DNA of 64,000 bases from Azolla caroliniana (taxonomy: Eukaryota; Plantae; Polypodiophyta), in NCBI GenBank assembly GCA_043228905.1, contig JBHGNT010000014.1, positions 7,936,001-8,000,000 on the forward strand, read 5' to 3'. Both the position numbers and the translations under genes were made by a program. Below the pieces are notes generated by a model, which had not been told where the DNA came from, did not search any database, and worked only from the letters and a program-made list of their open reading frames with translations. Below are positions 11,914 through 23,826 of this stretch, in pieces (the first letter of the stretch is position 1; every line of letters starts with the position of its first letter).

Positions 11914-12557
11914 TGTCGTGAAGATAACCGTCCCTTAGCGCAATCAGTGCATAGCGCGTGTGAACCGGCTCTTCACGCGTGCGCGCCCTTAATGTATATA
12001 ATAAGGAATTAAGTACGTAGGTATATCCTAGGTAGTTAGATTCGGTAGGTAGGAAGTAAATGAGGGAGACGGCTCCCTTCTTGACACTATAAAGGAGAGG
12101 GAGATGCAGGGAGAAGGGATAGGGCATTAAGAAGGACGAAGTGCTGTCGAACCGTAACCGAACGCTTCTCCTCTGATTCGTTCTCCATCGCTCTTCTCTG
12201 CAGGTTTTCGGGAGGCTCGCGCTGCTTTGAGGAACGCCCGTGTGCTTCCGGCAGCACCTCCAGCCTTTTCTCCTTTCGTGCGCAGACGAACAGGCATCGG
12301 CATCTGTTCGCCAGCCTGTTCGGTTGTAACCGCTCGCGTGCTCTATTGTGTATTTGTTATTCGTTAATATACAAACACTTGTGTCTCCCTGTCTCTGTGT
12401 CCATTCACGTCTTCTGTGTTGACGGGCCGTGCCCCTGTGTTTCTTTGCTCATACGTGACCGGGCGTCTCTCTCTTTCTCTTTCCCCTTCTATCACCTGCT
12501 CTTCGGTTCCCGGTGGTCCCGCCTCGTTTCTCCACGCACGCGCGTAGTAACGCGACA
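11914..12557 (+). repeat. 5' LTR of D
   Basis: 644 bp, direct repeat of 19017-19666. Confidence 0.95.
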
Positions 12558-12561
12558 TATT

Positions 12562-12579
12562 TGGTGAACCCGACATGAA
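12562..12579 (+). promoter_or_regulatory. Primer binding site, tRNA-Trp
   Basis: TGGTGAACCCGACATGAA, 17/18 complementary to the plant tRNA-Trp 3' end. Confidence 0.8.
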
Positions 12580-14721
12580 CAAGGCGGCAGAGGAGCAGAA
12601 GATGAGGGGGTCGGATCTTGCAGAGGCCATGGCTTCGGCCGTGGACCGAATAGTGAGCGCGCGCGAGGGCACCGGCGCCCTTGACAGGGCTATTGAGGCG
12701 ATCGTCGGTACGATCGGCCGGTTCAGTGGAAAGGATGCCACGAGTTATTTTGTGTCCTACCGGGCGGAGATGTTGATGAGGGATATTCCGGAAGAGAGGC
12801 GTCTTGCCGTATTCCCTCGAGTGGCGATGCCGGGCATCCATGCGGAGGTGCTCGAGGTCCGGGCGGAGAGCCGGACCTGGGAGGAGTTCGAAGGACGGCT
12901 CCTGGAGAAATACGGGCTGGATGACGCGCTTCCACTTTCGAAGCGGGGCTTCATGGAGTGGGTGGAGTCCCCCAACAAAGGAAGAAATGCGTCGGTACTC
13001 CTCCGGGAGTTTGAGGAACGCTTTGCACGCCTTTCGGCGCTCGATCGGACCGTTCTGGACACAAGTCGTGTCCTACTGTTTGTCAAATCGGTTGACGCAC
13101 GGGATCGGGGGCAAGTTGGCTCCTTACTGGAAACCGAAGACGGGCTGACGGCTGACTGGGCCGCGGTAAAAAGAGTCTGCGGCCGTTTTGACAAACGGTG
13201 GGAGTGGGCAGATACAAAGGCGACCGGGGCGGGACCTATCGCAGCAAGGAAGCTCGAACCGATACCGCAGGCGCGAAAGGAAGAGACCCGGGAGTTGCTC
13301 GAAACCGGTTCGGCTTCGACTGGCGTGGTCAGAGGCTCATCCGGGGGAACAACTTTGGAGGAGTTGACACGAGCGGTAAAGGATCTCCAGATCGCCCAGG
13401 CTCGGAGGGAAGGCAACGATCAGGCTTGTGACCGACGGCCTTCGGCAGGAAGTAGGTGCATGTGATGCGACGAGGTCGGCCACATCTGGAAAGACTACGG
13501 GGACTTTAGGCTTTGAGAAGCCGGGTGTACCTGTGGGAAGGTCGGGTGCATGCCAGCGATACCCGGAGGGCCCTAAACCGAAACGACGGGCGAGGAGGAA
13601 TGAAAAGGCTGATGGAAGAGGCGGCAGCCCGGCACGCGGAGACCGTCCACTACTCAGCGTCAGCCGGTATTCAGGTCGGAGGCAATGAGGCCCGGAAGGA
13701 GAGCAAAGCTGGGTTCTGGCCGACGGTACTGGAAGGCCTCGCCGCTCCCCGACTAAAGAAAGACGAGGCGGACCACGCGGAGAAGCGGGTCCAGGAGGTA
13801 ACCGGGTGGAGTGACCCGGTCGAAGAAAAGACGGGTTTCGTCGAAGCAGCTTGCCAGAACTACGAGGCTCTGGTTGAAGACAAACGGGTAGGTAAAACCG
13901 GAGGGGCCGGACCCTCACAGAGATACGAAACCCGATTCGGGCCGAAACGGAACGAGGTCGGTGAGTCCAGTGCCCGGGATAACCACAAGAAGGGCGGATA
14001 CCGTTTGGGCACGGAGATCGAAAGGACCACGGACCTACGAAAGGTCCTGGAAGAACGAATCCTCGACAGTAAAGTGGAACTGTCGTTGCGGGAGGTGCTC
14101 GGAATCGCCAAGAAGGAGTTCCACGACTCCATCGTGGACTTGGTGAAGAGGAGGAGGTTGTCGACGGAGGCAGAACCGGAAAGGCCGGTGGAGGTGCGGA
14201 CGGCGCACATAGAGGACATGGCGCTGGAAGACGAGTGGGCGGAGAGCCACTATTCGAGGCCACACTGGGCCCGAGCGACCACGGAAACCCCGGTGAAGAT
14301 CGGAGATGTTCAGGAACTGGTTGTGGCGCTGGTGGACCACGGTTCGGAAATAAACCTGATGTCCATGGACTTCTACAAGAAGGGGAAATGGCCGATGAAC
14401 ACTAAGCAAGGGTGGAAGATACGGGCGGCGACGCGCACCACCGAGAAACTACACGGGGCCTGCCCAAACGTGCGAGTCAAGATCGGCGACGTCGAGATAG
14501 ACCAACACTTCTTTGTGCAGGAGAAGTCCTCGCACCCGGTCATACTGGGAGAACCGTACATAACGGCAGCGCGAATGGAGACCAAGGTGCTGGACAACGG
14601 GTCGGCTTACGCGAGGGTCAAGAGTCAGGACGGGCGTCATTCGGTCCAGTTCCTGACAGTGCGACCGAACCACGAGCAAAACCGCGAGTCCCTCGGTGGC
14701 GAGAACCGGGAGGATTTTTAG
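12575..14721 (+). pseudogene. gag: gag-protease ORF of D, disrupted
   Basis: ORFs 12575-13465 and 13513-14721; knuckle CM*CDEVGHIWKD; protease LVDHGSEINLM ... VILGEPY. Confidence 0.88.
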
Positions 14722-15499
14722 AGAGGGCTGCCAAGGCGTGGGGCCGTGACAGTCCGGACAGTCCGGGAAAACCCCACAAATGTAAGATAGAAGCGAAACC
14801 GAAGAAATCTTGTACCATAAGTAGGAAGTTTTGTTTCTCCGACAACGGAGGGTGTACGATAGTCGGCGTTCGGAGTTCTCGGGCCCAGCGAGGAAATCAA
14901 TGGAGCCGTGGAGGCGGTCTCCTTCGACGATACCTTGGGAGTACTACGAGAGGTGGTCGGAGAGGGCCTTAAAGAGGACCGGACGATACCGGTTTGTTCA
15001 GAAGAGATGTACGAAGTCATCACAGACTTTAGTCGAGGGCTCGAGTCAGATCGGACGACCCGGAAGGTAAGGCCAGTCGCGGCACCCTTACCGGAGGGCA
15101 GCGAGTTGCGAATCAAAGGGGTCGCGACGGACCCCAGTTTACGAGATCCGGCCAGCATAGGACACGCCTTCACCTACAGAATGTACGGGAGCTGAAAATC
15201 AGTGGGGGCGGGTTCCTACTGCCGGCGGAAGAAGACCGGTTTCGGAAAATGCTCGGAAGGCATGGGAAAGCCTTCGCATTCTCACCGGGAGAGATCGGGT
15301 GCGTAGACCCGACGGTCGTGAAGCCGATGGTGATATTCACGGTACCGCATGTGCCGTGGAATCTCAAACCAATTCCGGTACCGAGAGCTCACATCCTGGA
15401 GCTGATGGAGCTGTTGAGGCAGAAAGTCGATATGGGCATCCTCGAACCGTCGAGTGCCCCGTACTCGAACCGGTGGTTTACTGTACCAAAGAAGAACGG
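14716..15499 (+). pseudogene. pol: pol N-terminal part of D
   Basis: RKVRPVA, FAFSPGEIG, HVPW, GILEPSSAPYSNRWFTVPKKNG; continues after the solo LTR as TLRFIQDL. Confidence 0.85.
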
Positions 15500-16313
15500 T
15501 GTCGTGCCTTTCGGCTCCGGATCGTTGCGTGAGTCGGGTGGGAACCACTGAGGTTTTTGACTAGGAGAAAGAAGAATATGAGATGAGGCTATTAATGAAT
15601 AGATTATTAGAAAGAGAGATAGAAATTTTGTGAATCCCACGAGTGTATTGTATTCGATTAATCAATATTTAGATAAGAATATGTATTTAGATTGAAAGAA
15701 AGATATAAGAAACTTGTGAATCCCACAAGTATAGATTATATTATTTTCGTGAATCCCACGATTATATTAATCGGTTGGTGTTTTCGGAAATATATCCAAT
15801 TTCCAAATATTTCACACACCTATTACATTGTGCTCCCCATCCTTATGTAGTGATGGGAGAGACTAAGCATAGCTACATGCTTTTTTTTTCTAATATGTTC
15901 ATGCACACTAAATGTGCATGTGATGCTTTTCTAATCCTTGCTTTTATTTGCTAAATATAGTGCTCATGCACGCTAGATGTGCATGAGTCACTTTTTAGTT
16001 GCTTGCGTTTTTCTATAAAATATTCACGCATGATTTACCTTTTAATAAAGGTAGGCGCAAATAAAGCACTTATAGTTATTAAATCTATTTATAGAACACT
16101 AAAGATAAGGTAGCATAATGGTAAAGTTGAGGTTTGGCTACGTGGAGGTACAAGGTTCAAATCCTGCCCTATGCACGTGATAAATATCTTGATATTCTTA
16201 TTTTATTTATTGGTGATAAATATCTTAATATTCTTATTTTATTTATTTATATGTAATTAAATCGGTTATATTATTTTTACTTTTTCACGTAGTGTACGAA
16301 ATACACTACGACA
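15500..16313 (-). mobile_element. Solo LTR (TGTCG-ended gypsy lineage) inserted in the RT of D
   Basis: TGTCGTG...TACGACA termini, perfect TSD ACGG, and the RT frame rejoins (KKNG|TLRF); AT-rich. Confidence 0.9.
16104..16174 (+). other. tRNA-derived module in solo LTR
   Basis: TAGCATAATGGT (A-box) ... GAGGTACAAGGTTCAAATCC (B-box); partial acceptor pairing ATAAGG/CCCTAT. Confidence 0.7.
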
Positions 16314-19016
16314 ACGGGACGTTGCGCTTCATTCAAGACCTGCAACCGGTCAACAGAGTGACCATTCGGAACGCAGGAATTGGACCAACGATAGACGAGT
16401 TCACAGAGGCCTTCGCCGGAAGGTCGATCTACTCGGTCGGTGATCTGTACTCGGGGTACGATCAGTTCCAACTAGCCGTGGAGAGCAGAGACATTACGAC
16501 GATGCGGAATCCTCTCGGCCTAGTGCGGATGTGTACCCTACTGCAAGGAGGGACGAACTCGGTGGCCCACATGGTGAATGCGAAGAACAAGGTGCTGAGG
16601 GATTGTATCCCAGACATCACCATGCCATTCTTGGACGACATCCCGATCAAGGGATGTCCGGTGGAGGAAAAGGACGAAACGATTAGATCGGACGGATGCC
16701 GGAAATTCGTGGCGACACACATTGGCGACTACGAGAAGGTGCTGCAGAGGCTAGAGGACGCGAGGCTCACCTTCTCCGAAGAGAAATCGGCCTTCGGGCA
16801 ATCGGAGATCATGGTCGTCGGACATCTATGCGGACCGTATGGCCGGAAACCGTCTCCGGCTAAGGTAGAAGCCATCTCCGCAATGAAGCCCGATTGTAAC
16901 TCGGTCACAGAGGTATGGAGGTTCTTGGGAGCATGCGCTTTCTACCACATATGGATCCTGCATTACGCCCACGTTGCCGAGCCGCTATACGAGTTGCTGA
17001 AAAAGGGGCGAAAATTCGAGTGGCGGGACGAGCATACGAAGTCGGTCCGAAAGATGAAGGAGGCTCTTGCTGCAGCTCCGGCACTCCGGAAGGCTGTCTA
17101 CGAGAAAGGCACTCCCATCTACATAACGGTAGATACGAGTCCGACCGGGATCGGATGGGTCGTCAACCAAGAAGATGAGGACGGCATTCGGTTCCCAATC
17201 CGGTTCGGCGCGAAGGTCCTCAACGAGCGACAGCGAGGATACGCCCAGGTTAAACGCAAACTCTGGGGTATCGTTTCGGCGGTAAAGGCCGATAAAGACT
17301 ATCTGATCGGGACAGAGGTGATTATCGAGACGGACTGCCTGCCGATTCTCGGCATGGTTTCCGGATGTGCAACCCCGGACCTGGCAATGCTCAGGTGGAT
17401 AGTGTACATCAAGTCCCTGGATCCGGAAATACGACACATTTCCGGGAAAGATAATGCCATGGCCGACATGCTTTCGAGGGCGCGATTCGACGACAAGGGC
17501 GGCATGGTTTCGGAAGACGAGGAAGTCGGCATAGACTTCTTCGAGGCGACCTACATAACAACCGAGGGAGGGAGCACTCCGGCGCTTAACGATTTCGACG
17601 AGAGCAAGTACAACGGGGAGTGGCTAAAGATTGGGGGATTCTTAAGGACGATGACGTTGAACGCGTCATGGACAAAGGACGAGGTGAACCGGATCCGGAA
17701 GAAAGCGTTCCGATTCTTTCTCCGGGACGGATACTTGTGGAAGCACCCGAAGAAGAGAAACGGCATCCCGCTCCGAGTAATGGCGATGAAGGAGGAACAG
17801 GAGGAGTTACTGAAGGCCTACCACGATAGCCCCTGGGCTGGACACTGTGGAACGTGGGCCACGTTCGAGAAACTAAAGGGGAAGTACTGGTGGCCGGGAC
17901 TGTACCGGGACGTGCATCGGTTCGTCACAACTTGTGAGAGCTGTTAGATACACTCCATAGTCCGACATCGGGACGAGCTTCACCCTACATACCCTCCGGC
18001 CATCCACTTCAAATGGATGGTAGATTTGGTGACGATGCCGATGGGCGTAGGGCAGATGCGATATCTGGTGCTGGCCCGGGAGGACCTGACGAACCAGGTG
18101 GAAGGCCGAGCCCTGCAAAACAAAACGACCGCGGCCGTGTGTCGGTTCCTGATCGAGGACGTGATATGCCGGTACGGGTGCGTCGGGAAGATCGTGGCTG
18201 ACCGCGGGGAGTTGGACGCCGAAGAGGCTGAGGAGCTGTTCGACCGGTTAGGGGTCAAGCTCTCGCTCACCACAGCGTACAATCCGGAGCACGGACACGG
18301 ACCGATCGTCAAAGCGTTAGTCCGGGCATGTAGAGGCCAGGTCGGGAACTGGCCACAACTGTTACCTTATGCCTTGTGGGCGGACAGGACAACACACAGT
18401 TCGGTAACCGGGTGCATGCCGTCAGAGCTCATGTTCGGACAGAAGCCGATCATGCCAATGGAACGGACGATCTCCTCTTGGGCGACAGTAGACTGGAGAG
18501 ACGAGATGAGTCGGGAAGAACTGCTAGCAGTGCGTATATGGCAGCTCGAGCGGAGGCCAGAGGACATGGAACGAGCGGTGGAGAGACTTCGGACGGCGAG
18601 CATGAAGAACAAAGCCTGGTTCGACCGAACGCGCCCGCTCCAACCGAAGAAAATCGAGGAAGGCGACTGGGTGCTAGTCTATGACAGCAGCCTCGACAAC
18701 CAGCACCGAGCAACATGGAAGTTTGCGAAGCGGTGGTTCGGGCCTTACGTGGTAACGAGCGCCAACGACAACGAGACGTATCACCTGGCGGAACTCGACG
18801 GTACGAGGATGGCGATACCGGTAGCAGGGAAGCGGATCAAAGCATTCAAGAAGCGCCACGACGGTGAACCGGATCTAGGAGGCCTGGACAGCGACGACGA
18901 ACAGTCCGAAACGGAGGACGAACCGATGGACGAAGAACCGGAACCCGGATCGGTTTTCTCCAACCAGAACACAATTTTGGCGCATACCGGTGGATGCGCG
19001 GTTAGGTGGGGGCGGA
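16314..19016 (+). pseudogene. pol: RT-RNaseH-integrase of D
   Basis: ORFs 16292-17947 and 18017-19024: DLYSGYDQ, FLDD, VDTSPTGIG, ETDC, H..GH..C..C, DDE core, GPY; no chromodomain. Confidence 0.92.
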
Positions 19017-19666
19017 TGTCGTGAAGAAAACCGTCCCTTAGCGCAATCAGTGCATAGCGCACGTGAACCGGCTCTTCACGCATGCGCGCCCTTAATGTAT
19101 ATAATAAGTAATTAAGTACGTAGGTATATCCTAGGTAGTTAGATTTGGTAGGTAGGAAGTAAATGAGGGAGACGGCTCCCTTCTTGACGCTATAAAGGAG
19201 AGGGAGATGCAGGGAGAAGGGATAGGGCATTAAGGAGGACGAAGTGCTGTTGGACCGTAACCGAACGCTTCTCCTCTGATTCGTTCTCCATCGCTCTTCT
19301 CTACAGGTTTTCAGGAGGCTCGCGCTGCTCCAAGGAACGCCCGTGTGCTTCCAGCAGCACCTCCAGCATTTTCTCCTTTCATGCGCAGACGAACAGGCAT
19401 CGACATCTGTTCGCCGGCCTGTTCGGTTGTAACCGCTCGCGGGCTCTGTTGTGTATTTGTTATTCGTTAATATACAAACACTTGTGTCTCCCTGTCTCTG
19501 TGTCCATTCGCGTCTTCTGTGTTGACGGGCCGTGCCCCTGTGTTTCTTTGCTCATACGTGACCGGGCGTCTCTGTCTTTCTCTTTCCCCTTCTATCACCT
19601 GCTCTTCGATTCAAGACCCCAGTGGTCCCGCCTCGTTTCTCCACGCACGCGTGTAGTAACGTGACA
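19017..19666 (+). repeat. 3' LTR of D
   Basis: Direct repeat of 11914-12557, preceded by the PPT. Confidence 0.95.
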
Positions 19667-19670
19667 CCGT

Positions 19671-20017
19671 TTGCACGAGACATACCTCAAGCAAATACTT
19701 TGACACCGATGGAGTTCGATACCATGCGTCGACGCGGCCCGTTATCGGAAGAAGAAAAGCAACGACGACGTGCAAATCGATTATGTCTTTATTGCGATGG
19801 ACCAGGGCATATCGCAATCAATTGTCCCCATAGGCCAAGAAGACAGGTAAATCAAATTGTAGCCTGTACTAAACCCGAGTCAATTATTCCGTTAGGAGTG
19901 TTTGATAGTATTAATAGTACTAATAGAGTGTTTGATAGTATTCATAGTACTAATAGCCCAAGTTTCTCAAATAAATTTGAAATCCTTAGTCAATTAGATG
20001 AAGAGTTAAACGATTGA
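19671..20017 (+). pseudogene. gag: gag C-terminal part of C
   Basis: PMEFD, zinc knuckle CLYCDGPGHIAINC. Confidence 0.88.
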
Positions 20018-23000
20018 GTCCAGCCAAAATAGGAGTCGTTTGGTTGGACAGCAGCCCTAGATTTGTACAGCCCATTAGTGGTTCCATTCCTTCCAAGCAA
20101 GTTAGCAATGTGTTCCTAGCCCAAGTCATTGTTAGTACTAAAAGTACTCCCCTAGTACCCGTCCTAGCACTTTTAGATTCCGGAGCTAATTCCTGTTTCA
20201 TGGATCGAAATTTTGCCCAAGCTTCTCAGATATCCTTAAGAAAACTTCCTTGTCCCGCATCTGTAGTAGTCATTGATGGTCGTCCCATTGCTTCCGGGAA
20301 TATTGTAGAAGAATCAGAACCCATTCAAGTTGTCTTAGGTAGGTTTGTGTGTGTAATATCATTTAATATATTTAGTAGTCCAGAGCATCCCATTGTCCTA
20401 GGATTACCTTGGTTTGAATTTCATAATCCAGCCATAGATTGGAGAACAAGAGAAGTCCGATATCGACCACCCCAAGAATCAACTCACCGAGTTTCGACCA
20501 TTTCACTCCATCAACTACGCGAAGAAGGACCCAAGGAGGCAATGTTCCTATTTGCAATATCAGTACATCCTTCCAGCACTATTAAGGACTCCTCAATACA
20601 ACTTTCGGCAAAATATCATCCTTATGCCGATGTATTTGACAAGGTAAAAGCTGGTACCCTTCCTCATCACCGTCCCTTTGACTGTCCCATCGATTTACAA
20701 CCAGGAACCGAGCCACCATGGGGACCAATTTAGAACTTGTCACCTACCAAGTTAGAAGTCCTCCGAGCCTACATAGAGGAGAACTTGGCAAGCGGGTTCA
20801 TCCGTCATTTGAAATCTCCGGCCGGTGCACCCATCTTCTTTGTCAAGAAGAAAGATGGCTCAGTTCGTCTTCTCGTTGATTACCGCGGATTGAATAAAGT
20901 CACCATCCGGAATAGGTATGCACTTCCTCTTATATCAATTCTTTTAGAGCGAGTTAATGGTGCCAAGGTTTTTACTAAAATCGACCTACGAGGAGCGTAT
21001 AACCTTGTGCGGATCCGACCGGGAGATAAGTGGAAGACCGCCTTTCGCACGCGGTATGGGCATTTCGAGTATACTATTATGCCGTTTGGCCTAACCAATG
21101 CACCCGCAGTCTTCCAACACATGGCAAATGATATATTCAGAGACCTCTTGGATATCTGTTTGATCATTTATCTGGATGATCTATTGATTTATTCGAAGAC
21201 CCAGGAAGAGCACGATTCTCATGTACTATTAGTACTAAAGCGACTCCGCGAGAATGGTCTTTATGCCAAGCTAGAAAAATGTAGCTTTGACTGCAAGCAA
21301 GTGGAATTTCTAGGCTACGCCATCTCCTCAAAGGGCATCGCCATGGATCCAGCTAAAATCCAAACTGTACTAGAGTGGCAAATTCCACGGTCGGTACGAG
21401 ATGTACAATGTTTTTTAGGTTTTGCTAACTTCTACCGTAAGTTTATACAGGATTACTCGAAGATTATTTTACCTCTCACACAACTTACGAAGAAGGGCCA
21501 AGCATTTCTTTGGTCCATAGAAGCAAATATGGCTTTTCGGCATCTTAAGAAAGCCTTTACATCAACACCGATTCTAGCTCATGTGGATACAAGCAAACCA
21601 TTCATCATGGAGGCCGACGCATCAGATTTCGCCTAAATCGACGGCAAGCTCGGTGGGCACAATTCCTCACGTGTTTCGACTTCAAAATCACATATCGACC
21701 GGGGAAGCAGCAAGGAAAAGCAGATGCACTATCACGGCGTTCATATCTTGCACCTCGTCCTGGTGACGCAACATTTGATAATCAAAAGCAAGTAATCTTG
21801 GGACCAACACGATTGCACACTACGCGGATTTTTCACACCCCGATGGATTCACGGATTACCGATGACATACGTGCAACCTTGAAGACGGATAGTTTTGCTC
21901 AAGACATCCTGGCACACATTGATACTTCTCGGGCATCCTGTACTCAGTCTCAACAACCAGGTATTGACTACCGACAATTCGAATATCATGATGGTTTGTT
22001 ATTCTTTAAAAAGCGCGTATATGTCCCCGATTGCTCCTGTCACCTTCAAATCGTCCAGCATTGTCACGACACTCATACGGCGGGACATTTCGGTAGTACT
22101 AAGATGTTGGAGCTAGTGCAACGATCTTTTTGGTGGTCCCACATGCGCCGTTTTGTTGATGACTACGTTCGGATCTGTGATGCTTGCTGCCGAGCAAAGG
22201 TGCCACGACACCATCCATATGGCTTCTTGGAACCCTTACCGATTCCAAGTAAGCCGTGGCAGTCTATTTGTCTTGATTTTATCACAGATCTGCCGGTCTC
22301 GAAGGGGTTTGATGCTATCCTAACCGTCGTTGATCGATATACGAAGATGGCACATTTTGTGCCGTGTACTAAAGCCATCACTAGCGAGGAAACTGCCGCT
22401 CTTGTTATGCGTGAGGTATTTCGGCATCATGGCCTCCCAGACAGTATTATTAGTGACCGAGGACTGCAATTTGTCTCCAAATTTTGGCAACATCTCTTCA
22501 AGATGCTCAAGGTCTCCTGCAACCTCTCCTCCGGCTACCATCCTCAGACCGACGGGCAGGCAGAACGAACAAACCAAACGCTAGAGCAATATCTCCGGTG
22601 TTTCCGGAGTTATCAACAAGACGATTGGGCCGAGATTCTCCACTTTGCGGAGTTTGTGTATAATAATGCTATTCACTCCTCGTCTCGGGTCTCCCCATTT
22701 TTCACTTATACCGGTTTCCATCCTCGCTGGTCGGTGATCGACACCCCGGAGCTACCTACCAACCCTCGTGCCGAGGATCATTTGGAGAGGCTACGCAAGA
22801 TCCAGATGGATCTCTCTACTCACCTTCGTCATGCTCAACACACACAGAAGACTTATGCGGATCGTCATCGGATTCCCTCCTCTTTTGCCATCGGAGATCG
22901 AGTATGGCTCTTACGTCGTCACATCAAGACTACTTGACCGTGCGACAAGTTGGATTATCGACGACTCGGTCCCTTCCGTATTATGGGTAAGATTAATGAT

Positions 23001-23353
23001 GTCACATTCCGCCTTGATCTCCCTCCGCAGCTTCAGATACATCCGGTTTTCCATTGTTCTATCTTGAACCTTATAAAGCAAACACCATTCTCGATCGTGT
23101 GACACCACCGCCGCCCCCACTGGAGTTGGACGCCGGCCCGGAGTATGAAGTTGTTGCCATCCTCGATTCCAAACTTGTTCGCAACAAACTTTATTACTTG
23201 GTCGATTGGCTCGGTTATAGTCCGAGCGAACGTACTTGGGAACCCGTCGAGCATGTTGCCAATGCACAGGATCTTCTTGCTGATTTCCACCGAAAGTATC
23301 CAAACAAACCCGGCCCGCAATTAGCGCCGACTCGTTCCACTCGTCGTCTTTAA
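20014..23353 (+). pseudogene. pol: pol of C: protease, RT, truncated RNase H, integrase, chromodomain
   Basis: LLDSGANS; MPFGLTNAP, IYLDD; EADASDFA joined directly to LNRRQAR; CHD..AGHFG..C..C, DFITDLP, SDRG, QTDGQAE; EYEVVAIL..YLVDWLGY....TWEP. Confidence 0.93.
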
Positions 23354-23364
23354 GGGGGAGATAG

Positions 23365-23698
23365 TGTCATGATATGGCAAGACTCGAACCCATGACCTTA
23401 TGCTACATGGGTCGAGCTCTTACCATTAGACTATGAATTGTAATTTTTAGGATATTATTTTCATTTATGTTTTATCATAGAAAATTGATGTATATTCCAG
23501 ATCTCTCTGGAACATTCTAGAAGCTTCAGGATTATTCCTAAAAACACTATAAAAGGAGGCACAAGGCATTGTTTGGAACCAAATTGGTTCAACACCAGTA
23601 TTAAGCCTCTTAGCCATTTTGTACTTATCCTTCACATAATAGATTGGTTGTTATCATCATCTCTCTCTCTCTCTCTCATCCTTGCTATCTCTCTTTTC

Positions 23699-23733
<35 letters not shown>

Positions 23734-23821
23734 GAGTCTTACGTAGTCCCGTCCTCTTAGTACTAATAGTACTGCTCTTCTTTAGTACTAATTCCATCTC
23801 TGCTTAGTACTATTCCTGACA
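23365..23821 (+). repeat. 3' LTR of C (tRNA-like module at ~23372-23440, minus strand)
   Basis: Direct repeat of 10634-11078; B-box GGGTTCGAGTC intact on minus. Confidence 0.95.
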
Positions 23822-23826
23822 GGCAA

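Larger units (their letters stand above)
11914..19666 (+). mobile_element. Non-chromovirus Ty3/gypsy element D (Phygy-like)
   Basis: LTRs 11914-12557 and 19017-19666 (TGTCG...GACA), perfect 4-bp TSD CCGT, tRNA-Trp PBS, PPT AGGTGGGGGCGGA. Confidence 0.93.
10634..23821 (+). mobile_element. Tcn1-like chromovirus C, two LTRs, RNase H deleted; interrupted in gag by D
   Basis: LTRs 10634-11078 and 23365-23821 (TGTCA...TGACA), TSD AGCAA/GGCAA, PPT TAAGGGGGAGATAG, PR-RT-IN-chromodomain order. Confidence 0.92.

Noticed and set aside
12757-14263. Long antisense ORFs in D (219 and 308 aa)
   Set aside because: Shadow frames of a GC-rich gag with no recognisable domains and no equivalent ORFs in homologous element B
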